The position numbers were made by a program, and so were the translations under genes. A model generated the notes under the pieces. The model saw nothing but the letters and a program-made list of their open reading frames with translations. It was not told where the DNA came from and did no database searches. Of a stretch of DNA of 64,000 nt, positions 24,645-38,048 are shown piece after piece (the first letter of the stretch is position 1; each line of letters begins with the position of its first letter). Source of the stretch: Octopus sinensis (lineage: Eukaryota); NCBI RefSeq assembly GCF_006345805.1, contig NW_021833665.1, positions 19,884 to 83,883 of the forward strand, in the 5' to 3' direction.

Positions 24645-24854
24645 CTTTTCTTATTTCTTTATTACCCATTACCGGGCCAACATAGAGTGTACAAAACAAT
24701 CACGAATGATTAAAACAATAATATGCGTTTGTGGGGTCGATTAAAATTGAATGATGAATTAGAGTACGTATTATTAAACAAATTACATGGACAAATTTAC
24801 AAAATGTAGTGGGGCGGGTCTACGGACCCCTCACTCCCCGCCACGACACTTAAC

Positions 24855-26548
24855 CTTATGTTTTCTTTCCTTTTTACGACCTATCTCTTATTTGTGAGGG
24901 ACCTTTTACTCACCACATTTTTCCACCTTTCATCAAATACTTTCTTGCTCAGGCTCCTCCTCTCTAGTTCTATATGTCTTTTCAGGTGGAATTTAAAATA
25001 TTCCACCAGACCTGAACCAGAGATGAAGTCGCCTGTTATCATCCCTTTCATCCTTGTCTTCCATACTGCCTGTTTCGCAGTTGAAACCACAGAGAGAAAA
25101 CAATTCTTACCTTCTTTCGTTAAGAAATCTGGTGGGCTGATTTTTACAATGGATTCGGCTGATAGCTGTACTCTTCCTTCACCTGACATCAGTTGTTCGG
25201 CACAAACCCACGTATCTGCCACCTCCGGACACTGCACGATCACGTGCGAGACGGTTTCCCTGTCTTGCCCACACCTCGCACAGGTCGGGCTGACTTGGCC
25301 ACCGTGCCTTGCAAGTTTGTCCCGGACATGTAAGGCTCCTCGGTAACACTGCCAAGCCAAAGACTTCTGGAAATTACCCAGGGTCCTCGGCCCGAATGTT
25401 CGTTGGAACAGACTGGCCAGCTGATCATCATCGAAACCTAGGGTTTCCCCTAGCGTATCATCGTTACCGGCCTCTACAAACCCTCTATAAAACACAGCGG
25501 TAGAACCACTGCTGCAGGCATTGCCCGAGCGACGGAATAATCGGAGTGCCTTGCGACACTCCGTATACCACGTACCCAACTTCGATCTGCGATTATACCA
25601 GTCTTCCCGTCCACCGAAACTGGTGAACCTGGGGAACATCTGTTTCTCCAGCGGAGACCACACCCGCTCACCATCCAGATGGAGCCACAGGTGCCTTAGC
25701 CTCAGCGCATTTCTACGCATCATTAGCCACGGCATCCCTAGTCCACCCTTTAACGGTTTTTGGCAACAAACAGAGCGTCTCACAAGTGGTTTCGAGCCCT
25801 TCCACAAGAAGCGAAAGAGCTGTCTCTCCAACTTGCTCAACCACGAATCTGGGCAAGGCATGATGGCAAGGTGGTAGGTGATCACCGATGCGATAAACAC
25901 ATTGGCTACCTCCGCCCTACCTTTCAAGGATAACCACTGCCAAGACCAAGTCTTGGCTACTGCAGCCACCTTGTTCGATACCTCGCTCCAGTCCTTCTCT
26001 ATTTGGAGGTCTGGACCAAACCAAACCCCGAGCAACTTAATCGGGCCCTCCGTCCAACGTCCCACGACGCTGTCTGGAGGCATCGACTTGCCTCTCCAGG
26101 TGCCGAGTTGCAAGCCGACCGACTTTTCACGATTAACTTTAGCTCCTGTCACTGTCTCGTAAACCTCTATGGCCTTGCCTACTTTACGTAGGTAGTCCAC
26201 TTCGGTCACGATGATAGTGATGTCATCCACATATGCCAAAACCGACATTTCGCGTCCTGGTTGCCTCGGGATGCTGCTCAGTTTTCGCAGCAGCGGCTCA
26301 AGAGCCACTACATACAAAAGCGGGGAGAGCGGACATCCCTGACAGACCGAGCGTTTGACCTTGAACTGCTTAGAAAGAAAGCCGTTCACCCGAACTACCG
26401 AGTCGACGTTGTCGTACATTTCTATGATCCACCTGAGGAAGCCAAGACCCAGGCCGAACTGAGCCAGAACGGACACTAGGTAGTGATGGTCGACCCTATC
26501 GAAAGCTTTTGGCTGGTCTAAATGGACCACTGCCCCTCCCTTATATAT
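24855..26548 (-). mobile_element. 5'-truncated Tx1/L1-clade non-LTR retrotransposon ORF2 (RT + zf-RVT)
   Basis: ORF 24881-26641: LDQPKAFDRVDH, QGCPLSPLLY, AYVDDITII, KPLKGGLGMP, CARCGQDRETVSHVIVQCP. Homology starts ~26545; the ORF's first ~30 codons come from an adjacent SINE. Confidence 0.92.
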
Positions 26549-26549
26549 T

Positions 26550-26688
26550 TGTCTGTGTGTCTGCTTAGTGGTTTTGCAAAACGCACTGATAGAAATAAGA
26601 ACTAGGCTTACAAGGAATAAGTACTGGGTCAAATTGTTCAACTAAACGTGGTGCTCCAGCATGGCTGCAGTCAAATGACTGAAACAAG
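26550..26688 (+). mobile_element. 3' part of family-B SINE (...GGCTTACAA(A/G)GAATAAGT...CTCCAGCATGG...CAGTCAAATGACTGAAACAAG); many other copies, e.g. 33860-34290, 46605-46740, 52150-52330, 56580-56780
   Basis: Recurrent dispersed sequence with a conserved terminus, usually next to (TA)n. Confidence 0.8.
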
Positions 26689-26718
<30 letters not shown>

Positions 26719-26721
<3 letters not shown>

Positions 26722-27580
26722 AAAAGTAAAAAAATACACAAACTGGGACAAGAACGTGAAACATTTAGAAGACGACACAAAAAACACGGACGGGACTTTC
26801 GAAGCTCTCAGTCATCAGTCAAGAACCGGATCATCTTCGCAATTTCAGCTGATTAATCTTGAGATTGCTCCGATCTGGGCAGCCCCCAAGGGAAATCTAA
26901 GCCAAGCGCATTAGATTCCTTAGAGGAAAGCCTCGAAAGTATACAACACAGGGACGGAAAACGGACGATGTACACGAATAAAAATACAAAATACGTAAAA
27001 ACAATAATGATAGCACGAATAAGAATACAAAATACGTAAAAACAATAATGATAGCACGAATAAGAATACAAAATACGTAAAAACAATAATAACAAAACCA
27101 GGACGTCAGGACAAGCGTCTTTTCGACAGGACGAGTTAAGTTTAGTTTAAGGCTGGCTAAAGAAAAGTGCCTTAAGGCAACGGAGCACAAACAAATACGT
27201 GTTGTCACACTGACTACTGGATGCGAAAAGGCAGTAGTCGCTGGCTGGTCACGTGAGCACAAAAGAGAGGAGAAAGGGACAAATGAAGAGAGAAACAAGG
27301 GAGGAGAAGAAAGAGAGGGAAAGAAAGGTGGGAGAGGGGGCACGGAGGAAGAGAGAAAGAAAGAAGGGGAACAAGGGGGAGAAGAAAGAGAGGGAAAGAG
27401 ACAGATCAAGGGGAGTGAAAAGGGTGAAGGCAGAGAAATGTAGGAGAGGGGGGGGGAAAGAGACAGTGTAGTAGAGTCGTACCAATGTTAGAGAGTAATA
27501 TACTTACGTATAGGGTCAAAAAGTGGGTACGTAGCCGCCATGTATATATGTAAAAGTAAAAAAATACACAAACTGGGACA
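26719..27580 (-). mobile_element. Probable Penelope-like element remnant with terminal direct repeats
   Basis: Identical 32-bp TGTAAAAGTAAAAAAATACACAAACTGGGACA at 26719-26750 and 27549-27580. Three ~40-bp tandem repeats at ~26972-27090. Short minus ORF start MAATYPLFDPIRKYITL* at 27541. Family assignment is from recall only. Confidence 0.45.
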
Positions 27581-27644
27581 TATATATAAATATATACATG
27601 CATATATTTGTATATATATATATATGCAAATATGTGTGTATATA

Positions 27645-30098
27645 TCATCATCATCGTTTAATGTCCGCTTTCCATGCTAGCATGGGTTGGACGATTTGAC
27701 TGAGGGCTGGCGAACCAGATGGTTGCACCAGGCTTCAATCTTGATCTAGCAGAGTTTCTACAGCTGGATGCTCTTCCTAATGCCAACCACTCCGAGAGTG
27801 TAGTAGGTGCTTTTACGTGCCAGTCAGGCGGTACTGGCAATGACTTTGCTTGAATCTTTTACACATGCTACCAGCACAGGTGCCAGTAAGGCGATGCTGT
27901 TAATGATCATGCTCGAATGGTGTCTTTTACATGCCACCGGCATGGAGGCCAGATAGATGCTCTGGCACTGATCACACTCAGATGGTGCTCTTAACACCCT
28001 GCTACTTGGGGCTCGAGTGCCAGTGAGGCGATGCTGGTAACGATCATGCTCGAATGGTGCATTTTATGTGTCACTGGCTTGGAAGGTGGTTAGCCACTCT
28101 GTCAACAATCACACTCGTATGGTGCTCTCTGCACCCCGTTAGCATGGACGCCAGTCATCGAATTTGATTTCGAATTCACTTGCCTCAACAGGTTTTCGCA
28201 AGCAGAGTTTAGTGTCCAAAGAAGGAAAAGGTACGCATAAGTGGGCTGGTTATGCCCCTGGCCTAGCCCACGAGATTATGCTCTCATATGGCTTCCCGAG
28301 TCTTCTCACACACAGCATATTTCCAAAAGTTTTGGTCACTAGTCATTGCTTCGGTAAAGCCTAAAGTCCGAAGGTCGTGCTTCATCACTTTATCCCAGGT
28401 CTACCTCTTCCACAGGTTCCCTCAGCCACTAGGGTGTGGAACTTTTTCATACAGCTATCCTCATCCATTCTCGCCACATGACCATACCAGCGCAGTTGTC
28501 TCTCTTGCACACCACAGCTGATGCTTCTTAGGTCCAACTATTTTCTCAAGGTACTTACGCTCTGTCGAGTATGCACATTGACATTACACATCCATCAGAT
28601 CATACTGGCTTCATTCCTCGCAAGCTTACGCATGTCCTCAGCAGTCACGGCCCATGTTTCACTGCCATGTAGCATGGCTGTTCATACACATGCGTCATAC
28701 AGTTTACCTTCTACTCTGAGCGAGAGGCCCTTTATCACCAGCAGAGGTAAGAGCTCTCTGAACTTTGCCCAAGCTATTCTTATTCTAGCAGCTACACTTT
28801 CAGCGCACCCACCTCCGCTACTGACTTGGTCCCCTAGGTAATGGAAGTTATCGACTACTTCTAGTTTTTCTTCCTGGAATGAGGCAGAAGTTGGTCTCTG
28901 CGCATTTTCAGTGTTTATTGCTCCTGAGCATCTGCCACATACAAAAACTATCTTCCCAGTTAGCCTTCCTTTGATATTACTGCACCTCTTATGTGTCCAT
29001 AGCTTACACTGGGTACATCTTATAGAGTTTCTACCTACGCCTTTTCTACAGACCAAGCAGGGCCATCTACCTGAAGGGATTTGTGGTTTGCCTGACTTCG
29101 TACTTATTATGACTTTGGTTTTAGTTACGTTGACTCTAAGGCCCTTCGATTCTAATCCTTCTTTCCACACTTGAAACTTCTCCTCTAGTTCTGATAGTGA
29201 CTTAGCAATTAGAGCAAGGTCATCAGCATAGAGGAGCTCCCAGGGGCATCCTGTCTTGAATTCCTCCGTTAATTGCCTGGAGGACTACGATAAATAGGGT
29301 GGGGCTGAGGACTGAACCCTGGTGGACCCCTACCTCTACCCTGAATTCTTCAGTGTACTTGTTGCCTCATTTTGCTGACAGCATCCGTGTACATGGCTTG
29401 CACATCTCTCACTAACCATTCATCTATCCTTAGTTTCCTCAATGACCACCAGATAAGGGATAAGGGAACCCTGTGAAAGGCTTTTTCCATGTCAACGAAA
29501 GCCAGGTACAGGGGTTTATCGTTGGCTAGGCATTTCTCCTGCAGCTGTCTTACCAGGAATATAGCATCAGTGGTGCTTTTCCCTGGCACGAAACCAAGCT
29601 GCATCTCATCCAAACTGACTCTCTCCATGACCTTCATTACCTGATCCAACAGCTTGATACCTCTGTAATTATTTGTATCTAAAGCGTCACCTTTACCTTT
29701 GTAGCAGTCGACTATTATGCTGCTACACCAGTCATTGGGTATGACTCCTTCGTGCATCACCTGGTTAACTATACGGGTGACTAGGCTATAGGCGACACTG
29801 CCAGATATTTTGAGCATCTCTGCAGTGATTCCTGATGGGCTGGGGGCTTTCCCTGTCTTCATACTCTTAATTGCTTTATTTACCAAGGTACTGTCAACTC
29901 GGATAGCTGGTCTCTCTGTTGGGTTGACATTCAGCAGACTCTTTCTCGTATTCATTTTCTTTGTTCAGCAACCTTTCATAGTGGCGTCTTCAAACCACTC
30001 TCTTTGTAGCCTCATTTAGCGCAAGTGAGGCATCATCCATGCGAACACATTTCTCTCCTACAACATCACAATTCTCTCTCACACACTGTCTTGCAACA
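27645..30098 (-). mobile_element. Second 5'-truncated RTE-clade LINE, frameshifted
   Basis: ORFs 28682-29170 and 29350-29955 (NNYRGIKLL, DMEKAFHRVP, WPCLVCRKG...HKRC). (CAT)n tail at 27645. Homology extends to ARQCVRENCDVVGEKCVRMDD near 30098. Confidence 0.95.
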
Positions 30099-30099
30099 T

Positions 30100-30271
30100 G
30101 AAATATACACATACAAATATGTATATATATACATAAATACATGTATATACACACACATGCATTGGTTTTTATATATATATATATTTCTGTATATCTATAT
30201 ATATGCAAATATGTGTGTGTATGTATATATATATAACTATATATATTTCTGTATATCTATATATATGCAAA

Positions 30272-30334
<63 letters not shown>

Positions 30335-30380
30335 ATATAAACATGTATATATATACACATACTATATGTGTGTGTATGTG

Positions 30381-30414
<34 letters not shown>

Positions 30415-30520
30415 ATATGAAAATATAGGTGTGTGTGTATGTATATATGTATATGTATATAAAAATATAGGTGTGTGTAGATATATATATGTATATGCAA
30501 ATATATGTGTATATGTGTAT
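30100..30520. repeat. Compound (TA)n/(TG)n microsatellite; similar tracts at 34030-34085, 34620-34945, 37695-38050, 47625-48020, 49080-49150, 54205-54710, 61555-61770, 62880-62960
   Basis: Visible dinucleotide runs. Confidence 0.95.
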
Positions 30521-31233
30521 GTTTTTACGGTTTGAATTTCTATTAACAACCACCTGCATGATTAGCAATAAAATAATTCGTTATTTTTTTTGGTGGCTGG
30601 GTGTCAGAAAATTTGAACTGGTCTTCTGGGTTTAACTTTTAGATTAGTCATGCATTGCTAAAGAGGAGGGTAATTTAGATAAATTTTATAAACGCAGTAT
30701 GGTAGGTATAGGGCTCACATGAATTTCTTTTCGAATGAAAAATACTTTAATTCTACTACACTTGCCTCTTATTACATGGTTTAAAGAGTAATAAGAAAAG
30801 ATATTCTCTGGAATGGTCTGTTATTTCGAGGGACCCTTACTTCAGAGTAAATATAAATAAGTATAAGCTATGTGTCAAGGAATCCCTTCCATTCTTAAGT
30901 TTTTTGGGCCCAAAACTTTAAATTTGCTGAGGTGATCCCTTTCTGCAACGATAGGTTTTCATCTACTCTTTGAAAGTATATAGAAATAAAAATGGCTGTA
31001 ATAAAATTGTATAGGCTTACGGGAATTTGAAACCAGTGCATTTGAATTTCTATTAACAACAACCACTTGCATTAAGTAATGAAATATGTTGTTTTTCTTT
31101 TGTGGGTGTTAGAAAATTTGAATAACGTTGTCAATGCGAGTTGTGCATTGTTGTACTTTGGATACTGTTATATTTTTGAGATTTGTTAATTGTTGTTAAT
31201 GTTGTTTCTTTTTCTTCCCCATTTTTGGGTGAA

Positions 31234-32432
31234 ATGGAGGAACAACGAATAGGCAGTTACACTGCGGTGGCAGGCAAAAGCCTGGCAGCTGACATTCTGT
31301 GATTGAAAGAATTGGTGTTGGAGCAGAAGGATTTCGGAAAGTACAAGAATTATTTAAAAAAGAGGGAGACTGCCTTAGGCTGATACCCCTGGGAGAAGCG
31401 ATGGAAAGAGCAGAGAGGAAAATAATAATATACAGAATGCTGGATGTAGAAACAAAAAGAGTGGAAGTAACAGAGGAATGCCTGACCGAAGTGAAAGGAG
31501 TAAAGACGTTTTTTTACTCGTGGAAGGAAGTACGGCACGGTGGAGGTTCACTTCGTGAATGAGAAGGAAACGAAAAAGTACTCCACGATGCTGTTGAGAT
31601 CAGCCAGGTGGGCACTTTTGCCAACCTAATGTGGTAAAAGAGTGGCAAGAGTACAGATTGGGAGAGTGTCGCCCAAAATAGATGATGAATGGCTGTTGGA
31701 AGCTATCCTGTACAACTGTGAGGAGGAGACCAAGATTATCAAGGTGGCGAAATTGGCTGAGATAAACTGATGGGGATTTAGACTGGAAATCTTGATCCAT
31801 ATAACCCTGCCTGACTTGCACAAGATAGCAGAGGAGTTGGTGCTCCCCGATGACACCCGGCTGAGAATTGTGGTCGAGGGGAAGCTTCCAATATGTTATA
31901 ATTGTGGTACAAGAGGACACATGAAGGCAAGGTGTCCCCAGAGACGAGGAAAGAATAGAGAATTAAGCAGAGATGGAGGAAAAGAAGGAGGAGGAAATAG
32001 GAGGCAGAAAAAGAACAAGTGCGGAGTCACCGCCAAAAACCTGAAAAAGAAGAGAAAAGCGGTAAAAGTACAAGAGAAAAAATTAGTAGAGAGAGAAAAG
32101 AGACGAGTGAAAATCGAACCCCAGAGCCAACAACAAGAAGGAGAGAAGAAATAGACAAAGAGGAGAAATATGAGGAGTGGAAAGGGGAATTAAGGAGGAG
32201 AATGGAATATGTGAGGCAAAGAAAGCAGCCGACTGAACGACACTTAAGAACAATGATAATTTACGATAAGAATGTGAGAATTGAGGAAAAGATTGCAAAG
32301 GTGAAGAATTTAATAAGAGTAAGACTGGATGAAGAGGTATTTGGTAGCGAGGAAAGAGCAGTACTATTGGAGAGAGAGAGAGAGAGTCGAGAAATTGATG
32401 GAATTGTTTGGAACAAGAATAAGGAAAATTGA
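31234..32432 (+). mobile_element. Degraded gag-like ORF1 with CCHC zinc knuckle; no ORF2 follows
   Basis: ATG at 31234 (MEEQRIGSYTAVAGK...), broken by stops and frameshifts. LRIVVEGKLPICYNCGTRGHMKARCP (CX2CX4HX4C at 31894-31935), then a K/E/R-rich tail. Confidence 0.8.
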
Positions 32433-34029
32433 ACTGTACATTTCAAAGAAAGCAACTAGAATGAAATTCTTTGAAACACACAAAAAAAAAGAAGAAAATT
32501 TTTTATCAAGAATATTGTTTACTTTAATATTTGTGTCTTTGTGAAATAGATTTTGGCTGGATTATGTTCTTCATTATTTTTGTATTAATGGCGGTGGAGA
32601 AGGATGGCGTTCTAGTGTCTTTGCTTATTTTAACTCATAAAATTATGTGTAATTAAAATTACTTCATCAGTAAATGAAGGATTTAAAAATATTCTTCCTT
32701 CCCCCCCATCCCCATCCACTCTAATACTCCAATATAAATATGTTTAATAAGTAATTCCAGCCTGAAGAATTTAATGTTATATAATAATAATAAGTCATTA
32801 AAGGCATCATTATGAAAACATTCAAAATTTTGTTATTAATAACCAAATAGTAGAAGCCGATTGACAAGATGAGACATTTCAAATAGTTTTTTTTATAATG
32901 AACTGCTGTCAAATGTAAATAAAGGAAATGTTAACACAGGAGATAATGACTGCGAACGATCTGCTAATTAAAGTGCAATTAGCAACATGGGTGTTAGTTT
33001 AATTAGCAACACTCACTGGTAAAGAAAAAAAGGGATTACCTCCCCTTGCCTTTCAACCACATCCAAGCATGTTCCATGCATTAAATACCTGCCAGTTGTT
33101 ACTTGGGGATTCGACAGGATTGTTAGCACATTGCTTAGAATGTATTGAAGTAGTCATTCTGGCATTCTGTGCCCTGAGTTCAAATCCCATCAACGTCAAC
33201 TTTGCTTTTTCATTCTTTCAATACAAAATCAGGTACTGAAAGGAATACATCATTATATTTTGCACTCTCTCATTCTCTTTCTCTCTCTTTCTCTTTCTCT
33301 CTCTCTCACACTTTCTCTCTCTCTCTCTCTCTCCCTTTTTCCTTGAAAGATTTCCACTGTGGTTTGACAGAGAGAGGGGTTAGTTACATCATGTTTAAAA
33401 TACCCAAATATGAGTGAGGAAGGCATCCTTATGATTCCGACAACATATGATGACTGAAGGCAGGGAATGGATATGAATAAACCCCCTCATCAATAGATAT
33501 GCCCAATACTCAATCATATTGAACAACCACAGTTATCTGTGGTAGTAGTAAGTACATCAGATAAAAATGCTATCTGATGCGTCTACTGAAAATCTAAGCA
33601 TGGTCCTGTCAAACTGTTCCTGTCTATTTATTTGTACAAGCTAATAATGAACCAATGAGAGATCGTGTATGTGGTGGTTAGGTCTGTTAGATGTAGCAGC
33701 CACATCTGCCTCGTATCTTAAAACGAGGACATGTGAACTTACATGGTTATATGGTCATTGCAAATAGGAAAAAGACAGGATGGTTACAGCTAGAATGCTT
33801 TTGATCTCAGGCCTGCACAGTCAGGGTTGACCAAGGGCTAAACAACAAATTTGTTCACAAGGGATGTATGTATGTTTATCCCTCCAACACCGATAGACAA
33901 CCGGTGCTATTGTGTTCATGTCCCCGTAACTTAGCGTTTCGTCAAAAGAGAAAGATAGATTAAATACTAGGCCTACAAAGAATAAGTCCTGGTTTCGATT
34001 TTTTCGAATAAAGGTGCTGCTGCGTCATG

Positions 34030-34091
<62 letters not shown>

Positions 34092-34679
34092 TTCTGTGTG
34101 TGTTTATTTCTCGGACATCGTCGGACAACGGGTGCTAGTGTGTACAGGTGCCCGAACTTAGCGGTTCGGGAAAAGGGGCCGATAGTTTAAATACTAGGCC
34201 TACAAAGTAAAAGTCCTGGTGTCGATTTACACGAGTAAAGGCATTGCTCCACCATGGCCACAGTCAAATGATTGAAAAATTAAGTGTATAAAACAGAAAA
34301 TAACCAGAAAAGTTTATATTCTCTTAACTATCTAATTAAGGGAGATAACTGAAAATCAACTTTTAGAGTTACTTCCCTTGACATATTAATAAAAGACATG
34401 ACAGTTTAAGATGTAGGTGCGTTTGTTTTTTGCATGCGAAGGGTACACTTGCATTCGCGCAGGAAGAGACAAATATACACATGCAAATTTTCTGCTGTTA
34501 ACTTTAACAAATAAACATTGACTAGCTTATAATTCACACTTAATTACACCCGAAAACTATGTAAAGTACTCACCATATCTACTAATACCCTTTGGACATG
34601 ATCAGATTTCTATTTTGTTTTAGATAGTATATATGCGTATGTAGGTATATACACGTGTATATGCATGAATGCATGCATT

Positions 34680-34726
<47 letters not shown>

Positions 34727-34741
34727 GCATACAACTAAATG

Positions 34742-34781
<40 letters not shown>

Positions 34782-34814
34782 CATGTATATATTTATGTAT
34801 ATATTTATGTATGC

Positions 34815-34846
<32 letters not shown>

Positions 34847-35646
34847 CATACATGTATATATTTATGTATATATTTATGTATGCATATATATATATATATA
34901 TATTTGTATGTATGAGTATATATATTTATATATTTATCATATATATGCCTGAACACCGCCTTTAGTGAAACATAATGTAACCCAGGACTTATTCTTTGGA
35001 AGCCTTGTCCTTATTCTAACTTTTTTTTTTGTCGAACCGTAAAGTTAGCGGAGCATATGTGTGGACTGTGCTCACCCATGCACAAACGCACATACGTTCA
35101 AACATGCACAAAGATATATGCAAAGATGCACACGTGTAGCTATTTTTGTTTTAAATATGTTGATCTTAAAACCGTGACATTCTGAAGAAATTGTATGTGT
35201 GTGCGGGCCAGCCAACGTGTGTGTGCGTGTATGTGTGCTTTCATTTCTGTGTCTGTGAGTGGCATGTGTGAGTGTTTCAAGTTCAATGTTTGTGCGTGCG
35301 TGTGTGTATTTGTTTGTGATTGAGGGCGTGTTTAAATGTGTGTTTTGATTTCTAGGTGTGTGTGTGAGTGTGTGACTGTGTTTTCATTTTTGTGTGTGGG
35401 TGCGTACGTTTGTGTGTGAGTGTGTGCGACTATTTTCATTTCTGTGTGTGTGTGTTTGTGTGAGTGTGTAAGTGTTTGGATGTGCAACTGTGTATTTTAA
35501 TTTCTATGTGTGTGTGTGTTTGTGTTTGTGCATGTGTGAGTGTGTGTGAGTGAGTGGGTGTGTAACTGTGTGTTTTCATTTGTGTTTGTCCGTGTGTGTA
35601 GCTGTGTATTTTAATTTCTACGTGCGTGTGTGTTTGTTTGTGCATA

Positions 35647-35679
<33 letters not shown>

Positions 35680-35855
35680 GTATTTTTTTCAGTGTTTGTG
35701 TGCGTGGGACTGTTTTTATTTATGTGTGTGTGTGTGGGGGTATTTTTATTTCAGCGTTTGTGCGTGTGTGTGAGAGTTCATTAATGAACTCATTTGCATA
35801 CAAACAATTAGGGCTCACCTTGAACTTATCCGGTTAACAAACAGTAGTGTCTGAA

Positions 35856-36190
35856 TGGGAATTAGCTTGCTTACCTAACAAATGCTTCCGAGTTCAGTCC
35901 CACTGGGTGGCACGTTGGGCAAATGTCTTCTACTATAGTCTCGGGCCGACCAAAGCCTTGTGAGTGGATTTGGTAGACGGAAACTAAAAGAAGACTGTCG
36001 TATATATATATATATATGTATATGTAGCAGTAAGAGTGGCTGTGGTATGTAGCTTGCTTTCCAAACACGGTGTTTCTGGTTCAGTCCAACTACGTGGCCC
36101 CATGAGCAAGTGTTTTCCAATATATTTTCGGACAGACCAACGTTTCTGAGTAGTTTTGGTACACGGAAACAGAAAGTAACCCGTCGTATA
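35856..36190 (+). mobile_element. Tandem pair of tRNA-derived CORE-like SINEs (family D); many copies in both orientations across 46.8-62.9 kb
   Basis: A-box-like TGGCTGTGGT, B-box-like GGTTCAGTCC/GAGTTCAGTCC, then GGCACGTTGGGCAAATGTCTTC resembling the CORE-SINE TTGGGCAAGT motif. Confidence 0.8.
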
Positions 36191-37609
36191 GAGAGAGAGA
36201 GAGAGAGAGAGAGACATAGGTATATATTGACAGATATATGTATATACATATAGATATTTAAACATATAAGGGATAGCCATAATGGGACATCCGACACACT
36301 AGAGAGAGCAGATAAACTCCAAAAAAGCGTAAAAGTGTATGTCATGTCTGAATAATATATTCGAGAGTTACTTGCATATTATAATTTAATAAAAGTAACA
36401 TAATTATATGTAAGGAAAGTAACTCTAGAAGATGTTATCTAGTTATCTCCCTTCCGAGAGTTAATTTCCTTAAATATAATTTTATTATTGTTAACTTATA
36501 ATATTCAAGGGAAGTAACTATAGAAGATACTTTGTAGTTATCTCCCTTAAGTATGTAGTTATCATAATATACACTTTGTCGCTCTTAGACTCTTTCAGTT
36601 ATTTCACTGTGACCATGGTGGAGCACTGCCTTTAGTCAAGCAAATCAACCCCAGGAATTATTCTTTGTATGCCTATTACTTAATGTATAGGTCTCTTTTG
36701 CAGAACCGATAAGTTACGGGGACGTAATGTTCGATGTACTGATTAAGGAGGTATTTATTTATTGTAAGAACTTCAATTATCATAAATTATGGGCTAGGAA
36801 AAATACTAGAAACTTTTTTGATATACCTATTGGAGCTCCTTGTGTGTGTGGGACTGTTTTTATTTGTGTGAGTGTGGGTATTTTCATTTCAGTGTGTGTG
36901 AGAGTGTTTTTATTTCTGTGTGCGTGAGTGTGTGAGCGACTGAGTGTTTCTATTTGTTTGTGTGTGTGCGACACTTACAACTACAACAAACACTTTGACC
37001 ATTGCTAAGATACCCACATTTGAGATCACTAACTACTAAATCAAAATAAGTTCAATTTATTGCATCTTTAGTGACTTCAGATGTTGCTCATATTTTTCCC
37101 ATATGTCGACAAGGTATTAATTTCACAAGTGGATGGCAGAAATTCTCATACTGGCGTGGAGGGGCTGATATTCTAACTGCGAGTGCAAAGGACCCAATGC
37201 CCCTTTACATTCTGAATAAATTGTATGTTTGTGCTAGTTAGGGTTAGGGTTTTATGTGTGAGTGTGTAACTGCGTTTTCATTTCTGTGTGTGGGTGCGTA
37301 TGTGAGAGTTTGGATGTGTAACTGTCTTTTTCGTTGCTATATGTGTGTGTCTGTGTGTTTGTGCGTGTGTAGGTATGTAACTGTTTCCATTTCTGTGTTT
37401 GTCCGCGTGTTTGAGTGTGTGAATATGTAGCTGTGTATTTTCATTTCTGTGAGATGCAGTGTCTAATGAAATGAAGCTGTTGCTTAGCTGTTGTTTTTCT
37501 CAAGCAACAAGTAACGGCTTTCCTGAGAGTTTTGGTAGCCTGGCTCAATCTTTCGGAATTACGGAGAAGTACTTGCATCTGTTAGATTCACTTTAACATT
37601 TGAATTTAA

Positions 37610-37661
37610 TTTGTCAAAATATTTTCGTCGATTTGAGACTGCGACTTCTTCACTGACAAAA
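37610..37661 (-). ncRNA. Hammerhead-ribozyme-like motif (type I, palindromic stem III), variant or decayed core
   Basis: Minus strand: TTTGTCA-GTGAAGA-A-GTCG(11-nt loop)CGAC-GAA-AATATT-T-TGACAAA. Stems I and II pair perfectly; the core differs from CUGANGA at position 3 and has one extra base. Confidence 0.55.
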
Positions 37662-37989
37662 TTCCATGCTGCATCTGAGAAAGTAAGTTAGTTCATGATA
37701 TATATGTATGTATGTATGTGTTTATGTATGTATGTATATGTGTACATATATGTGCGCATGCATGTGTGCATGCCTATACGCATGTATGTATGTACTTACG
37801 TATGTGAGTATTTAGGAGAAATAGACGTGTCAGTGTGTGAACATGTATATGTACTTGCGAACGTATGTTTATGTAATGATATGTGTCAGTTCAAGTTGTA
37901 TACATGACTGTTACCTTGCCACTCGCTATGCAAGTACATCTCTTTCTCTCTCTCTCTCTTTATATATATATATATATAATATATATATA

Positions 37990-38048
<59 letters not shown>

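Noticed and set aside
24858-26479. Plus-strand ORFs over the Tx1 element
   Set aside because: Antisense shadows of the RT ORF.
26549-26641. N-terminus MNNLTQYLFLVSLVL... of the 586-aa ORF as a signal peptide
   Set aside because: Read-through from the antisense strand of an adjacent SINE; Tx1 homology starts ~26545.
26797-26818. CTGATGA...GAAA on the minus strand as a hammerhead
   Set aside because: Stem II cannot close (C opposite C) and no stem I or III partners are present.
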